A program made the position numbers and the translations under genes. This document shows, in pieces, positions 45,779-56,428 of a DNA stretch of 64,000 nucleotides. The stretch covers positions 20,769 through 84,768 of the forward strand of contig CAYSEI010000002.1 in assembly GCA_964430265.1 (NCBI GenBank), read 5' to 3'. A model generated the notes under the pieces. That model searched no databases and was not told the origin of the DNA. It saw only the letters and a list, made by a program, of their open reading frames with translations. This stretch comes from an uncultured Pseudomonadales bacterium. Its GTDB lineage: Bacteria; Patescibacteriota; Microgenomatia; UBA1400; CAYXSR01. How positions within the stretch are numbered: position 1 is the stretch's first letter; each line of letters begins with the position of its first letter.

Positions 45779-47671
45779 ATGGGAAAAATTATTGGAATTG
45801 ATTTAGGAACCACAAACTCGTGTGTGGCAGTTATGGAAGGGGGAAAACCCAAGGTTGTTCCTACTTCTGAAGGTGGAAGGTTAATCCCTTCAGTTGTAGA
45901 ACCGGAAAAGAATTTGGTTGGTGAAGTAGCTAAAAGGCAGATGGTTCTCAATCCGGAAAGCACAATATACAGTATTAAAAGATTAATGGGAAGAAGAATT
46001 GAAGATAAACAGGTAGAAAAAACAAAAAAAATGGTTTCGTATGAAATCAAAGCAGGTAAAAATGATATAGCAGTTGTGGAAGTTGAAGGTGAAGAGTATA
46101 CACCGCAGGAAATATCAGCAAAGATACTGCAAAAAGCAAAAGCAGATGCAAAAGACTATCTTGACGAAGAGATTGAAGAAGCAGTAATTACGGTTCCTGC
46201 ATATTTTGATGATGCACAACGACAGGCAACAAAGCAAGCAGGTAAAATAGCTGGATTAAAAGTAAAAAGAATATTAAATGAGCCAACTGCAGCAGCACTT
46301 GCTTATGGACTGGAAAAAAAAGAAGCAGAAAAGATTGCTGTGTATGATTTAGGCGGCGGAACATTTGATATTTCAGTTTTGGAACTAGGAGACGGAGTTT
46401 ATGAGGTAAAAGCTACAAATGGAGATACTTTTTTAGGCGGTGACGATTTTGACCAGAGGATTATCGATTGGATAGCAAAAGAGTTTAAAAAAGAACACGG
46501 TGTTGATCTGCGTAAAGATAAAGAAGCTTTACAAAGGCTTAAAGATGCTGCTGAAAAAGCCAAAATTGAATTGTCTTCTAAGCAGGAAACAGAAATTAAT
46601 CTGCCATATATAACGCAGGGAGAAAATAAGCAGCCGGTTCATTTAACGCAAAAATTAAGCCGTGCCAAACTGGAAAAACTTGTTGATGATTTGATTGATA
46701 AAACAATGGATCCGGTTAAATCTTGTTTAAAAGACGCGGATTTAGATCCTAAGGATATTGATGAGGTTATTTTAGTCGGGGGTCAAACAAGAATGCCTAA
46801 AATTCAGGAAAAAGTTAAAGAATATTTTGGCAAAGAACCAAATAAAACAGTTAATCCGGATGAAGTAGTCGCTATAGGTGCAGCTGTACAAGCAGGTGTT
46901 TTGTCAGGAGAAGTAAAAGATGTTCTTCTTTTGGATGTTACACCTTTAACACTAGGTGTTGAGACACTTGGTGGAGTAATGACTCCTTTGATTGAGAGAA
47001 ACACAACAGTGCCTACCAGCAAGTCAAAAGTATTTTCTACTGCTGAAGCAAACCAGACTCAAGTGGAAATTCATGTTTTGCAGGGTGAAAGACCAATGGC
47101 AAAAGACAATAAGTCCCTTGGCAGGTTTGTTCTTGACGGCATTCCACCAGCACCCAGAGGCATACCCAAGATTGAAGTAACTTTTGATATTGATGCTAAT
47201 GGTATTTTGACTGTAACTGCTGAAGATAAAGCAACTGGGAAGAAACAGGATATTATTATCAAAGACTCAACTGACCTGTCAGAAGATGAGGTTGAAAAGA
47301 TGAAAAAAGAGGCAGAAAAACATGCAGAAGAAGACAAGAGGAAAGAGGAATTGGTTAAAGTAAGAAACCAAGCAGACAGTTTAACTTTTCAAGCAGAAAA
47401 AACCTTGGATGAAGCAGGAGATAAAATAAGCAAAGACAAAAAAGAAGAAATGCAAAAAGAGATAGACAAAGTTAAAAAACTTTTAAAAGAAGAAGATATA
47501 AGCAAAGATAAGATTGAATCAGCAACAGAATCCTTATCGGAAAAACTGCAAAAAGTGGGAGCAGAAATGTATCAAGCACAGCAGGCAGAAGAATCAGAAA
47601 GTAAAGGAAAAAAAGAAGAGAAAGGTAAAAAGGAAGGAGATGTTGAAGAAGGGGAAGTAGTTGAAGAATAA
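45779..47671 (+). CDS. dnaK: Chaperone DnaK (Hsp70)
   Basis: Start refined to [14 protein letters not shown] (GGAGG SD); [24 protein letters not shown]. Confidence 0.98.
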   Translation: MGKIIGIDLGTTNSCVAVMEGGKPKVVPTSEGGRLIPSVVEPEKNLVGEVAKRQMVLNPESTIYSIKRLMGRRIEDKQVEKTKKMVSYEIKAGKNDIAVVEVEGEEYTPQEISAKILQKAKADAKDYLDEEIEEAVITVPAYFDDAQRQATKQAGKIAGLKVKRILNEPTAAALAYGLEKKEAEKIAVYDLGGGTFDISVLELGDGVYEVKATNGDTFLGGDDFDQRIIDWIAKEFKKEHGVDLRKDKEALQRLKDAAEKAKIELSSKQETEINLPYITQGENKQPVHLTQKLSRAKLEKLVDDLIDKTMDPVKSCLKDADLDPKDIDEVILVGGQTRMPKIQEKVKEYFGKEPNKTVNPDEVVAIGAAVQAGVLSGEVKDVLLLDVTPLTLGVETLGGVMTPLIERNTTVPTSKSKVFSTAEANQTQVEIHVLQGERPMAKDNKSLGRFVLDGIPPAPRGIPKIEVTFDIDANGILTVTAEDKATGKKQDIIIKDSTDLSEDEVEKMKKEAEKHAEEDKRKEELVKVRNQADSLTFQAEKTLDEAGDKISKDKKEEMQKEIDKVKKLLKEEDISKDKIESATESLSEKLQKVGAEMYQAQQAEESESKGKKEEKGKKEGDVEEGEVVEE

Positions 47672-47727
47672 TAGAGATTAAGAAACAGCGGACTTGTTAG
47701 ATTGTTAGACATTAATTTAGTAAACTA

Positions 47728-47755
47728 GTAGGGGACGCAGATTTGCGTCCCTTAC
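47728..47755. repeat. GTAG-type REP-like palindrome / stem-loop between dnaK and dnaJ
   Basis: GTAGGGGACGCA-GATT-TGCGTCCCTTAC; GC-rich stem in AT-rich DNA, bracketed by GTAG/TAC. Confidence 0.7.
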
Positions 47756-47783
47756 AATTTTAATTTTTAAATTGAAATAAAAT

Positions 47784-48656
47784 ATGGCAGACGAAAAAGA
47801 CTATTACCAAATCTTGGGAGTTTCAAAAAATGCAAGCAAAGATGATCTGAAAAAAGCTTATAGAAAGTTAGCGCTTAAATGGCATCCGGACAAAAACGAC
47901 TCCAAAGAAGCGGAAAAAAAGTTTAAGCAGATTAACGAGGCATACGAAATTCTTTCCGATCCGGAAAAAAGAAAAATGTATGATCAGTTTGGTCATACAG
48001 CTTTTGATCAAAGTCAAGGTTTTGGAGGTGCGCAATCAGGTGGAGGCCCTTTTACCTGGACTTACCGCTATTCAACCGGAGAAGGTCCACAGCAAGCAGG
48101 TTATCAAGATTTTGGCGGTTTTAGTGATCCATTTGAAATTTTTAGGGAGTTTTTTGGTGGTGGAAGTCCATTTGGTGGTGCAGCAAGACGGCAGCCAAGA
48201 CCGGGATACCAGTTGGAAATTGATTTTAAGGAGGCAGTAGAAGGAATAGAGAAAACTCTTGTTCACAGGGGAGAAGAAAAAAAGATCAAGATACCAGCAG
48301 GTATAAAATCTGGTTCAAGGATTAGATTTGAGGATTTCTATGTACGAATTAAAGTTAAGCCAGATAAAATATTTAAAAGAGAAGGAGACGATGTTATTGT
48401 GGAAAAGAAAATTTCTTTAACAACCGCTGTTTTAGGTGGGAGAGTAGAAGTTCCCACATTAGAAAATAAGGTAAAAATCAAAATCAGACCGGGAACCAAA
48501 ACAGGCACATTAATTCGTTTAAAAAATAGGGGAATTCCTCATTTAAGAGGCAGAGGCAAGGGAGATCAGTACGTAAAGATAGATGTTAATATACCCGAAA
48601 AATTAAACAAAGAACAGGAAAAAATTTTTAAAAAACTTCAGGATAGCGGATTATAA
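47784..48656 (+). CDS. dnaJ: DnaJ-class chaperone lacking the Zn-finger (class B/CbpA-like)
   Basis: J domain with HPD, G/F region, C-terminal domain; no CxxCxGxG repeats. Confidence 0.9.
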   Translation: MADEKDYYQILGVSKNASKDDLKKAYRKLALKWHPDKNDSKEAEKKFKQINEAYEILSDPEKRKMYDQFGHTAFDQSQGFGGAQSGGGPFTWTYRYSTGEGPQQAGYQDFGGFSDPFEIFREFFGGGSPFGGAARRQPRPGYQLEIDFKEAVEGIEKTLVHRGEEKKIKIPAGIKSGSRIRFEDFYVRIKVKPDKIFKREGDDVIVEKKISLTTAVLGGRVEVPTLENKVKIKIRPGTKTGTLIRLKNRGIPHLRGRGKGDQYVKIDVNIPEKLNKEQEKIFKKLQDSGL

Positions 48657-48700
48657 TATTGTTTCTGGACAGAACGCGGAAAATATGCGAGAATTAAAAT

Positions 48701-49774
48701 ATGTTCCGTCCGAAATACAATATCTCCAATCAGATCTTAAAAAATGTATCTGCAATTGAAGCAGGCCGTGAAGTAATTGAACGTGCTCCCTTAATACCTG
48801 CATGGGAAGCCAAATTTAAAAAAGATGCCCAATTAAGAAGTATCCACTATGGAACACACATTGAAGGAAATAAGCTTTCTTTTTCCCAAGCCAAAAAAGT
48901 AGTGGAAGGAGAAGAAATAATTGGGAGAGAAAGAGATATACAAGAGGTAATTAACTACCGCAATGTTTTGGAATATATTGATAAACAAGGTGAAAAGAAA
49001 GCAGAGGGATTTAAAAAAGACAATAAAGTAAAGTATCAAGAGAAAACCCTTAAAAAAATACACAAGCTGACATTAGAAAAAATTTTAGACAAAGGTGAAT
49101 CTGGTAAATATCGCAAGAAAAAAGTAGTTATTCGTAACGGTAGTACAGGAAAAATTGCTTTTTCCCCTCCTCTTCCGCTGGAAGTTCCTTATCAGGTAGA
49201 AGATTTTTTAAAATGGCTAAATTCAGATATTAGTCAAAATATACATTCAGTACTCCGTGCAGGTATAACACATTATGAATTAGTCAGAATTCATCCCTTT
49301 ATTGACGGAAACGGACGTGTAGCAAGAGCTTGGGCAACATATATTTTATTTGTAGAAGGATATGATATAAAGAAACTTTTTTCTTTAGAAGAACATTTTG
49401 ATACAGATGCGCCCGCATATTATCAGGCATTACAGTCGGTTTCTAATATGGACGGAGATTTAACCAGTTGGCTGGAATATTTTACTCAAGTTCTAGCAGT
49501 TGAATTGGAACGCGTAAAAAGCAAGATAGAAGAACTATCATTGGATAAAAGGTTTAAAGACAAATTAGGTAGGCAGATTGCGCTTTCAGATAGGCAAATA
49601 AAGTTAGTGGAATATTTAAAAGATCATCAAAATCTACGTATGAATAAAGCAACGGAGTTATTGTCCATGGTTTCTGAAGATACAATTCTTAGAGATTTGA
49701 AGGACTTAATAAAAAAAGGTATAGTTAAAAAGAAAGGTAAAACAAAAGGAGCTCGATATTTGTTAGCTCAATGA
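48701..49774 (+). CDS. Class II Fic AMPylase with C-terminal winged HTH
   Basis: Inhibitory THIEGN, catalytic HPFIDGNGRVAR, C-terminal VSEDTILRDLKDLIKKG. Confidence 0.92.
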   Translation: MFRPKYNISNQILKNVSAIEAGREVIERAPLIPAWEAKFKKDAQLRSIHYGTHIEGNKLSFSQAKKVVEGEEIIGRERDIQEVINYRNVLEYIDKQGEKKAEGFKKDNKVKYQEKTLKKIHKLTLEKILDKGESGKYRKKKVVIRNGSTGKIAFSPPLPLEVPYQVEDFLKWLNSDISQNIHSVLRAGITHYELVRIHPFIDGNGRVARAWATYILFVEGYDIKKLFSLEEHFDTDAPAYYQALQSVSNMDGDLTSWLEYFTQVLAVELERVKSKIEELSLDKRFKDKLGRQIALSDRQIKLVEYLKDHQNLRMNKATELLSMVSEDTILRDLKDLIKKGIVKKKGKTKGARYLLAQ

Positions 49775-49959
49775 ATACGGAAAGTACAGAATTTTTATTT
49801 ATGTCTTTAATACTTCCAAGTTTGTTTGGTTTGACTTTAATTGGAGAGGGACTTAATAAAATTCTTAAGAGTGAAGTAGCTGGATGGGTAAGCGTTATTA
49901 TGGGGATATTATTTATCATTGTGGTTATGTTTGCTTACAATATGATCACTCATATATAA
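49771..49959 (+). CDS. Small 2-TM membrane protein
   Basis: ATGA overlap with the fic stop; two hydrophobic segments. Confidence 0.6.
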   Translation: MNTESTEFLFMSLILPSLFGLTLIGEGLNKILKSEVAGWVSVIMGILFIIVVMFAYNMITHI

Positions 49960-49986
49960 CATATATAAAATAAGACGAAATTAAAT

Positions 49987-51750
49987 ATGAAATTTTCAGA
50001 ATTTTCCCGGTATTTACAGAATCTGGAAAATACAACATCCCGCAACAAGATGACTAATATACTTGGGGAGATGTTTAATAACCTTTCTTCAGAAGAAATT
50101 GAAAAAGCTTGCTATTTATCTCTGGGAAGACTAGCTCCAAAATATGAAGGTTTAAGACTTGATATGGCAGAAAAATTAATGATTAGGGCGATTGCACAAG
50201 CATTAAATATTAGTGAAGAAAAGATAGACCGAGAATACAAAAAAATAGGAGATCTAGGAGATACAATCTTTGAGTTAAAGAAGAAAAATAATAACAAAGA
50301 GAATAAAAAAATTACAGTTGCAGATGTCTATGCAATTTTACTTGAAATAGCAGAAGAAGAAGGAATTGGTAGTCAGGAAAGAAAAATTAACAGGATGGCG
50401 GTACTTATTCAAAACTTGGATAAATTAGGTGCAAAATATTTAGTAAGAATTCCGTTAGAAAAATTAAGACTAGGATTTTCAGATGTTACTGTTTTGGATG
50501 CTTTATCTTGGATGGAAAAAGAAAATAAATCTTTGCGACCAGAACTGGAAAGAGCTTTTAATGTTTTGGCAGATATTGGCAAGATTGCCAGTATTTTTAA
50601 AGAGTATGGAATTGAAAAAATAAAGGAAGTTAAGAGTGAAGTTGGCATTCCGATTAGAGCAGCTTTAGCAGAAAGACTTAATACGCCTGAAGAAATTTTG
50701 GAAAAGATGGACGGAAAATGTGCTCTGGAACCCAAATATGACGGGTTTAGGGTACAGATCCATTTTGATAAAAATAAAAAGCACAAAATTAAAAGAAAAG
50801 ACCAGAAAAGTCTTTTCAAAATAAATGAAGAAAAGCAATTTGTCAAAGTTTTTTCTCGTAATTTAGATGATACTACTCACATGTTTCCGGAGATTGTTGA
50901 AGCTGTACAAAAACTACCAGTTGAATCAATAATTTTGGATGGTGAGGCAATTGCATATAACGAAGAAACCGGAGAATTTTTGTCTTTTCAAAAAACGGTG
51001 CAAAGAAAGCGCAAATACGATATTAAACAAAAAGCAAAAGAATTACCTTTAAAAGTTTTTGTATTTGACGTATTGTATTTAAATGGAAAACCACAGCTTA
51101 ATAAAAGTTTTAAAAAGAGAAGAAAGGTTTTAGAAGATATATTGGATATAAAAAAAGACACGATTCTTTTAACAAAACAAAAAATTGTTAATAAAAAAGA
51201 ACAATTTAAAGAATTTTTTAATGCGGTTGTAAGTGAAGGATTGGAAGGATTAATGGCAAAAAAAATTCAAGCAGAATATCAAGCTGGAGCACGTAATTAC
51301 ACTTGGGTAAAGTACAAAGCAGCCATGCAGTCAGAATTAGCTGATACAGTTGATTGTGTTGTAATGGGATATTATCGAGGAAAGGGGAAGCGGTCTAAAT
51401 TTGGAATCGGTGCATTTTTAGTCGGAGTAAAACAAAAAGAAAAGTTTTTAACTGTTTCAAAAATAGGTACCGGAGTTACTGATGAACAATGGGAAGATAT
51501 TTACAAAAGACTTGAAAAAATTAAAACTGAAAAAAAACCCAAACAATATAAATTAGACAAAAATATTACTCCTGATGTTTGGTGTGCTCCCGAATTAGTA
51601 ATGGAAATTGAAGCTGATGAAATAACAGAATCTCCTTTGCATACTGCAGGTTTAGCATTGCGTTTTCCACGTTTGAAAAAAATTCGTGATGATAAAGATC
51701 CGGACCAGATAACAACAAAAAGTGAACTAAAAAAATTATATAATTTATAA
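49987..51750 (+). CDS. lig: ATP-dependent DNA ligase (DBD + adenylation + OB domains)
   Basis: EPKYDGFRVQ, ILDGE, VFDVLY, EGLMAK, WVKYK, LRFPR..IRDDK. Confidence 0.95.
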   Translation: MKFSEFSRYLQNLENTTSRNKMTNILGEMFNNLSSEEIEKACYLSLGRLAPKYEGLRLDMAEKLMIRAIAQALNISEEKIDREYKKIGDLGDTIFELKKKNNNKENKKITVADVYAILLEIAEEEGIGSQERKINRMAVLIQNLDKLGAKYLVRIPLEKLRLGFSDVTVLDALSWMEKENKSLRPELERAFNVLADIGKIASIFKEYGIEKIKEVKSEVGIPIRAALAERLNTPEEILEKMDGKCALEPKYDGFRVQIHFDKNKKHKIKRKDQKSLFKINEEKQFVKVFSRNLDDTTHMFPEIVEAVQKLPVESIILDGEAIAYNEETGEFLSFQKTVQRKRKYDIKQKAKELPLKVFVFDVLYLNGKPQLNKSFKKRRKVLEDILDIKKDTILLTKQKIVNKKEQFKEFFNAVVSEGLEGLMAKKIQAEYQAGARNYTWVKYKAAMQSELADTVDCVVMGYYRGKGKRSKFGIGAFLVGVKQKEKFLTVSKIGTGVTDEQWEDIYKRLEKIKTEKKPKQYKLDKNITPDVWCAPELVMEIEADEITESPLHTAGLALRFPRLKKIRDDKDPDQITTKSELKKLYNL

Positions 51751-51763
51751 TAGAATTGTATTT

Positions 51764-54274
51764 ATGACTGCCCTAGATAAAGGACTTACACAGCAAGAAG
51801 CAGAAAAAAAGTTGCAAGAATATGGTTTTAATCAAATACAAAAAAAGAAAAGAATTTCTGTTTTAAAATTAATTTGGGATCAGTTGAAGTCTCCATTAAT
51901 ATATATTTTAATTTTTGCAGGAGTTATTACTCTTTTTCTTCATGAATATAGTGATGCAATTGTAATTTTTCTAGCTGTGGGAATAAATGTTATTTTAGGA
52001 TTTATCCAGGAGTTTAAAGCGGAAAAGTCTTTGCAGGCTCTAAGAAAAATGGTTGTACCGCATGCTAAGGTGATTAGAAGTGGAAAAAGAAAAAAAATCG
52101 AGGCCAAGCATATTGTTCCCGGAGATGTTGTAATTGTAAATGCAGGAGACAGAATTCCTGCTGACGGAATATTGTTGGAATGTGTTGAAATGCAAGTAAA
52201 TGAAGCTATTTTGACGGGAGAATCCCGGCCCGTAGAAAAAAAAGTTTATGATAAAAAAAAAGATTATGATCAAATAGAAGATAGACACAAGGTTTTTATG
52301 GGAACAGCTGTAGTGGCAGGGAGGGGTAAAATTTTAATTAAAAGAACTGGGAAAAATACAAAAATGGGCAGAATTGCTAAAAAACTTGTACAAACAGCTG
52401 ACGAAGATACTCCTTTACGCAGAAGAATTAAATCTTTTTCTCAATTACTGACTTTTGTGTTTGTCGGTGCATGTACTGTGATTTTTATTGGTGGGCTTTT
52501 AAGAGGAGAAAGTCTAATTGAGATCTTTGAACTTTCAGTAGCAATTGCAGTAGCAGCAATTCCAGAGGGTTTGGCAATATCTTTGACTGTTATTTTGACT
52601 TTGGGTATGCGCAGGATTTTAAAAAGAAAAGGATTAGTCAGAAGGTTGTTAGCAGCAGAAACCTTGGGTTCAGTGGATGTAATTTGTGCAGATAAAACAG
52701 GGACATTAACACAAGGAAAAATGCAGTTGGTGGATATTGATACAGGAGAAAATAACAAAAAAGAAGTAATGCTACAGGCTGCAATACTTTGTAATAACCA
52801 AGATAATCATTTAGCTAGTGCAATGCTAGATTGGGTAAAAAAGGAAGGGCAAGATACTAAGAAAATTAACCAAGAATTTCCTCGTGAAATGGAAGTCCCT
52901 TTTTCTTCCCAAAGAAAATTTATCTCAGTTTTGGTTAAAGAAAACGAACAAGAAGGCAGAATAATATTAGGAGGAGCTCCAGAAAAAGTATTAAAAATGG
53001 CAAACGTAGCCGAAAAGGAATACTGGCACAAAAAATTGGAAGAATATACAAGCAAGGGGTTAAGATTAATTGCTTTTGCGCAGAAAAAAGATGAACTTGA
53101 AAACCTAAAAGAAAAGTTTAAACAAAATATAAAAAAAGGAAAAGCAATAGATATGGAATTTTTAGGGTTATTATTGTTTGAAGATCCTGTGCGTTTAGAA
53201 GTTAAAAATGCCTTAAAAGAGACGAAAAAAGCAGGTATTGATCTAAAAGTAATTACTGGCGACTACCAAAATACAGCAGAAGTAGTTTTAGAAAAGCTAG
53301 ACATTGTTGGAAGAAAATTAAAAGAAGAAGAAATGATGTCGGGTAATGAGTTAAAAGAAATTTCTCAAGATGAATTAAGAAAAGATATAAAGAAAATTAT
53401 TCTTTTTTACAGGACTACTCCGGAACAAAAGATACGTATTGTTGAAGCTTTACAAAGTTTAGACCATATAGTGGCAATGATGGGAGACGGTGTAAACGAC
53501 TCACTGGCTTTAAAAAAAGCAGATATTGGAGTGGTGGTTGGGGAAGCGTCAGAAGTTTCCAAAGAAACGGCGGATATGGTTTTATTGGATTCTAATTTTC
53601 AAACCATTATTGCTGCGATTGAAGAAGGCAGGGGGATTTTCAACAATTTAAGAAAAGTAGTTTTGTACCTTCTTTCGGATAGCTTTACTGAAGTTGTTTT
53701 GATCGGGGGTAGTTTGTTACTTGGATTACCTATGCCAATACTTCCGGCACAGATATTGTGGATAAATCTGGTTGAAGACAGTTTACCGGGACTGGCATTG
53801 GCATTTGAACCCAAAGAAGAAGGGCTGATGCAGGAAAAGCCTCGTAAAAAGGATGCACCCATTATTGACCAGGAAGTAAAAGATATTATTTTAATTGTGG
53901 GAGGAATAACAAATATTTTGTTATTTGCATTTTTTTATTATCTCTTAGGGCAAAATTTGGCAATAGAAAAAATTCGAAGTTTAATGTTTGCTTCATTTGC
54001 AATTGATTCTATACTTTACTTGTTTTCCTGCAAAACTTTAAAAAAGAATTTATGGGAAGACGATCTTTTGGATAACAAATTTTTGCTTGTTAGTGCTGTA
54101 ATTTCTTTCGGATTACTTTTAATAGGAATTTATCTGCCTTTTTTCAACTATTTATTAGGAAGTGTTCCTTTTGAAATTTATTACTGGCTTCTGATTTTTG
54201 CCATTGGTATTATTGGAGTAATTGGTATTGAATTTATCAAATGGATATTTAAAACTAAAAGTAGAAGAGTTTAA
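51764..54274 (+). CDS. P-type (P2-like, Ca2+/cation) ATPase
   Basis: TGES, PEGL, DKTGT, TGD, GDGVND, ILWINLV. Confidence 0.93.
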   Translation: MTALDKGLTQQEAEKKLQEYGFNQIQKKKRISVLKLIWDQLKSPLIYILIFAGVITLFLHEYSDAIVIFLAVGINVILGFIQEFKAEKSLQALRKMVVPHAKVIRSGKRKKIEAKHIVPGDVVIVNAGDRIPADGILLECVEMQVNEAILTGESRPVEKKVYDKKKDYDQIEDRHKVFMGTAVVAGRGKILIKRTGKNTKMGRIAKKLVQTADEDTPLRRRIKSFSQLLTFVFVGACTVIFIGGLLRGESLIEIFELSVAIAVAAIPEGLAISLTVILTLGMRRILKRKGLVRRLLAAETLGSVDVICADKTGTLTQGKMQLVDIDTGENNKKEVMLQAAILCNNQDNHLASAMLDWVKKEGQDTKKINQEFPREMEVPFSSQRKFISVLVKENEQEGRIILGGAPEKVLKMANVAEKEYWHKKLEEYTSKGLRLIAFAQKKDELENLKEKFKQNIKKGKAIDMEFLGLLLFEDPVRLEVKNALKETKKAGIDLKVITGDYQNTAEVVLEKLDIVGRKLKEEEMMSGNELKEISQDELRKDIKKIILFYRTTPEQKIRIVEALQSLDHIVAMMGDGVNDSLALKKADIGVVVGEASEVSKETADMVLLDSNFQTIIAAIEEGRGIFNNLRKVVLYLLSDSFTEVVLIGGSLLLGLPMPILPAQILWINLVEDSLPGLALAFEPKEEGLMQEKPRKKDAPIIDQEVKDIILIVGGITNILLFAFFYYLLGQNLAIEKIRSLMFASFAIDSILYLFSCKTLKKNLWEDDLLDNKFLLVSAVISFGLLLIGIYLPFFNYLLGSVPFEIYYWLLIFAIGIIGVIGIEFIKWIFKTKSRRV

Positions 54275-54297
54275 AAAGCTATGTTATATTTAAAATT

Positions 54298-55299
54298 ATG
54301 ATTTTAATATTTTATCTAATCCTTTTAATCTTTTTCTCTTTTCTGCTTATTAAAGCAACAGAAATACTTATTGAGGCCTTAAATAGACTTTCCCGGATTT
54401 CTCAAATTAGACAATTTGCTTTGACTTCCTTTCTTTTGGCTTTAGCAACTTCTTTACCAGAAATTTTTGTGGGAGTTACTTCCGCTCTTGAAGGAAAACC
54501 AAGTTTATCTTTAGGGAATGTATTAGGTTCTAATATTGCAAATTTATCTTTGGTAATTGGAGGTTCTGCAGTGATTGGAGGAACTTTAAGTGTTGCGGGT
54601 GAGTTCTTAACCAAGGATGTTTTTTATGGATTTATAGCAGGAACTTTACCTCTTGTTCTTTTACTGGATGACAAACTGACTCAACCCGAAGGCTTGTTTT
54701 TAATATTGGTATACGGAATCTATAATTTTACGGTTTTAAAAGGCAAAAGAAGATTAAATCAAAAAGGATTTTTAAAAAGGATAGTTAAAAAATTGCAGCA
54801 TAAAGAAATGGATCGGCATATTGCCTGGGTTTTTGCAGGCGCAGCTTTACTGGTTTTTAGTGCAGATGGCCTTGTCAGGGTTTCGACAGCAATTGCCAAG
54901 AGTTTTAATGTTCCTATACTTTTGATTGGTTTGTTTTTGGTGTCAGTCGGGACAAGCTTGCCGGAGCTTTCTTTTGGACTTAAAGCAATTTCAAAAAAAC
55001 AGGTGGGCATGGTTTTTGGAAATCTTTTAGGCAGTATTGTTGCAAATTCAACCATTGTTTTAGGAATAACTGCTTTAATTGAACCAATATTTTTGGACGG
55101 GGGATTTCAAGTATATTTAACTGCCAGTTTAGTATTTGTTATGGTATTTTTCTTGTTCTGGTTTTTTGTTAGAACCAAGAAAAAACTGGAACGCTGGGAA
55201 GGTCTAGTTTTGTTTATACTCTATATCCTTTTTGTAATTTTTGAGTTTATGCGGGTGAGCGGAAACATTCCTCAATTACCGATTAGTGTTAAGCATTAA
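54298..55299 (+). CDS. CaCA family Na+/Ca2+ antiporter (YrbG-like)
   Basis: Alpha repeats ATSLPE..GNVLGSNIAN and GTSLPE..GNLLGSIVAN. Confidence 0.9.
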   Translation: MILIFYLILLIFFSFLLIKATEILIEALNRLSRISQIRQFALTSFLLALATSLPEIFVGVTSALEGKPSLSLGNVLGSNIANLSLVIGGSAVIGGTLSVAGEFLTKDVFYGFIAGTLPLVLLLDDKLTQPEGLFLILVYGIYNFTVLKGKRRLNQKGFLKRIVKKLQHKEMDRHIAWVFAGAALLVFSADGLVRVSTAIAKSFNVPILLIGLFLVSVGTSLPELSFGLKAISKKQVGMVFGNLLGSIVANSTIVLGITALIEPIFLDGGFQVYLTASLVFVMVFFLFWFFVRTKKKLERWEGLVLFILYILFVIFEFMRVSGNIPQLPISVKH

Positions 55300-56428
55300 T
55301 AAGAGTACAAACCTTTTTCAAAAGTCTCATTTCTGCTTTTTGATTGTATTCTTTTTGTTTTTTTAAAGGCTTTTTAAAATTCTCAAGTTGTTGAGGATTT
55401 CTAATAATATTTTTTATTAATTTATTTGCTTTAAGCGGATTTTCTTGGACATAACCTAATTTTTTTTCTTTAATAATATCCAAATTTCCATCTTCCTGTC
55501 CGCTGATATGAGTAATTGCAAAAAAGGGTTTTTTACAGGCAACTGTTTCAAATAGTAAGTTTGGTCCGGCCTTTCCCACAACAATATCGGAAACATTAAT
55601 TAATTGAGGCATTTGGTTTGTGAATTGAAATATTTTTAGTTTTAAACGGTTATTAATGTTTTTTAAATGCTTGATGTCCAAGTTTTTAAATTTATTTAAC
55701 AAATTTTTAAAAGAATTAGCTGCTTTATATAATTCATTGTTGTTCCCGCATATAATAATTAATTGCATTTTTTTGTCCATTGAAAGTAAACTAGGCAGAA
55801 TTTTTAAAATCATGCTGGTACCCTCGCTACCGCCGCAAATCAAGGCAGTAAAACATTTTGGATCAAATCCAAGTTGATTGTTTATTTTCTCAATTTCATG
55901 GTTCTTGTAAAATTGTTTGCGTACAAACCATCCGCCAGCAAAAAGTTTTTCTTTTTTGAGTCCAAACTTATTTCCCAGTTCTAATGCTTTTGAATCATAA
56001 ACCCAGTTTAAATCTGCTTTAGAAGAAAATTCTAAAGGGTGTAAAACCCAAGTATTTGCAAGAATATTTATGAACGGAATAGGGTGAGTTTGAAAATTAT
56101 TTATTTTTTCAATTACGGGATTATAAAGAAAATATGTGGAAATAATTAAATCAGGTTTAAATGATTTAATTACTTTAATAGTCTCTTCTTTTAACCGATT
56201 GGTCATTAACTTATTAACAGCTTTTTGAATGTGGTCTTTTTTGGCAAGGTTATAGGGAAATTTAACCAAGTTGGGAAAATAACGGTATAAGGTAGTGTAA
56301 AAATCAAAAATTTTAAAATCATAAGGATTAGTTATTTTAACCTCGTAATCTTTATCAAGAATTTGCTTAACTGCTTTTGCTATACTTACATGTCCTTGTA
56401 CGGCTGTGAAAATTAATATTTTTTTCAT
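55289..56428 (-). CDS. UgtP/MGDG-synthase-like GT28 glycosyltransferase, paralog A
   Basis: Start refined to MKKILIF; QGHVSIA, PDLIISTY, CGGSEG, ICGNN, GKAGP, GQEDGN. Confidence 0.85.
   Translation of the reverse strand: MKKILIFTAVQGHVSIAKAVKQILDKDYEVKITNPYDFKIFDFYTTLYRYFPNLVKFPYNLAKKDHIQKAVNKLMTNRLKEETIKVIKSFKPDLIISTYFLYNPVIEKINNFQTHPIPFINILANTWVLHPLEFSSKADLNWVYDSKALELGNKFGLKKEKLFAGGWFVRKQFYKNHEIEKINNQLGFDPKCFTALICGGSEGTSMILKILPSLLSMDKKMQLIIICGNNNELYKAANSFKNLLNKFKNLDIKHLKNINNRLKLKIFQFTNQMPQLINVSDIVVGKAGPNLLFETVACKKPFFAITHISGQEDGNLDIIKEKKLGYVQENPLKANKLIKNIIRNPQQLENFKKPLKKQKEYNQKAEMRLLKKVCTLINA

Noticed and set aside
48701-49959. Fic plus small ORF as a toxin-antitoxin pair
   Set aside because: The Fic carries its own inhibitory motif (class II), and the small ORF is a downstream membrane peptide without a convincing antitoxin signature.
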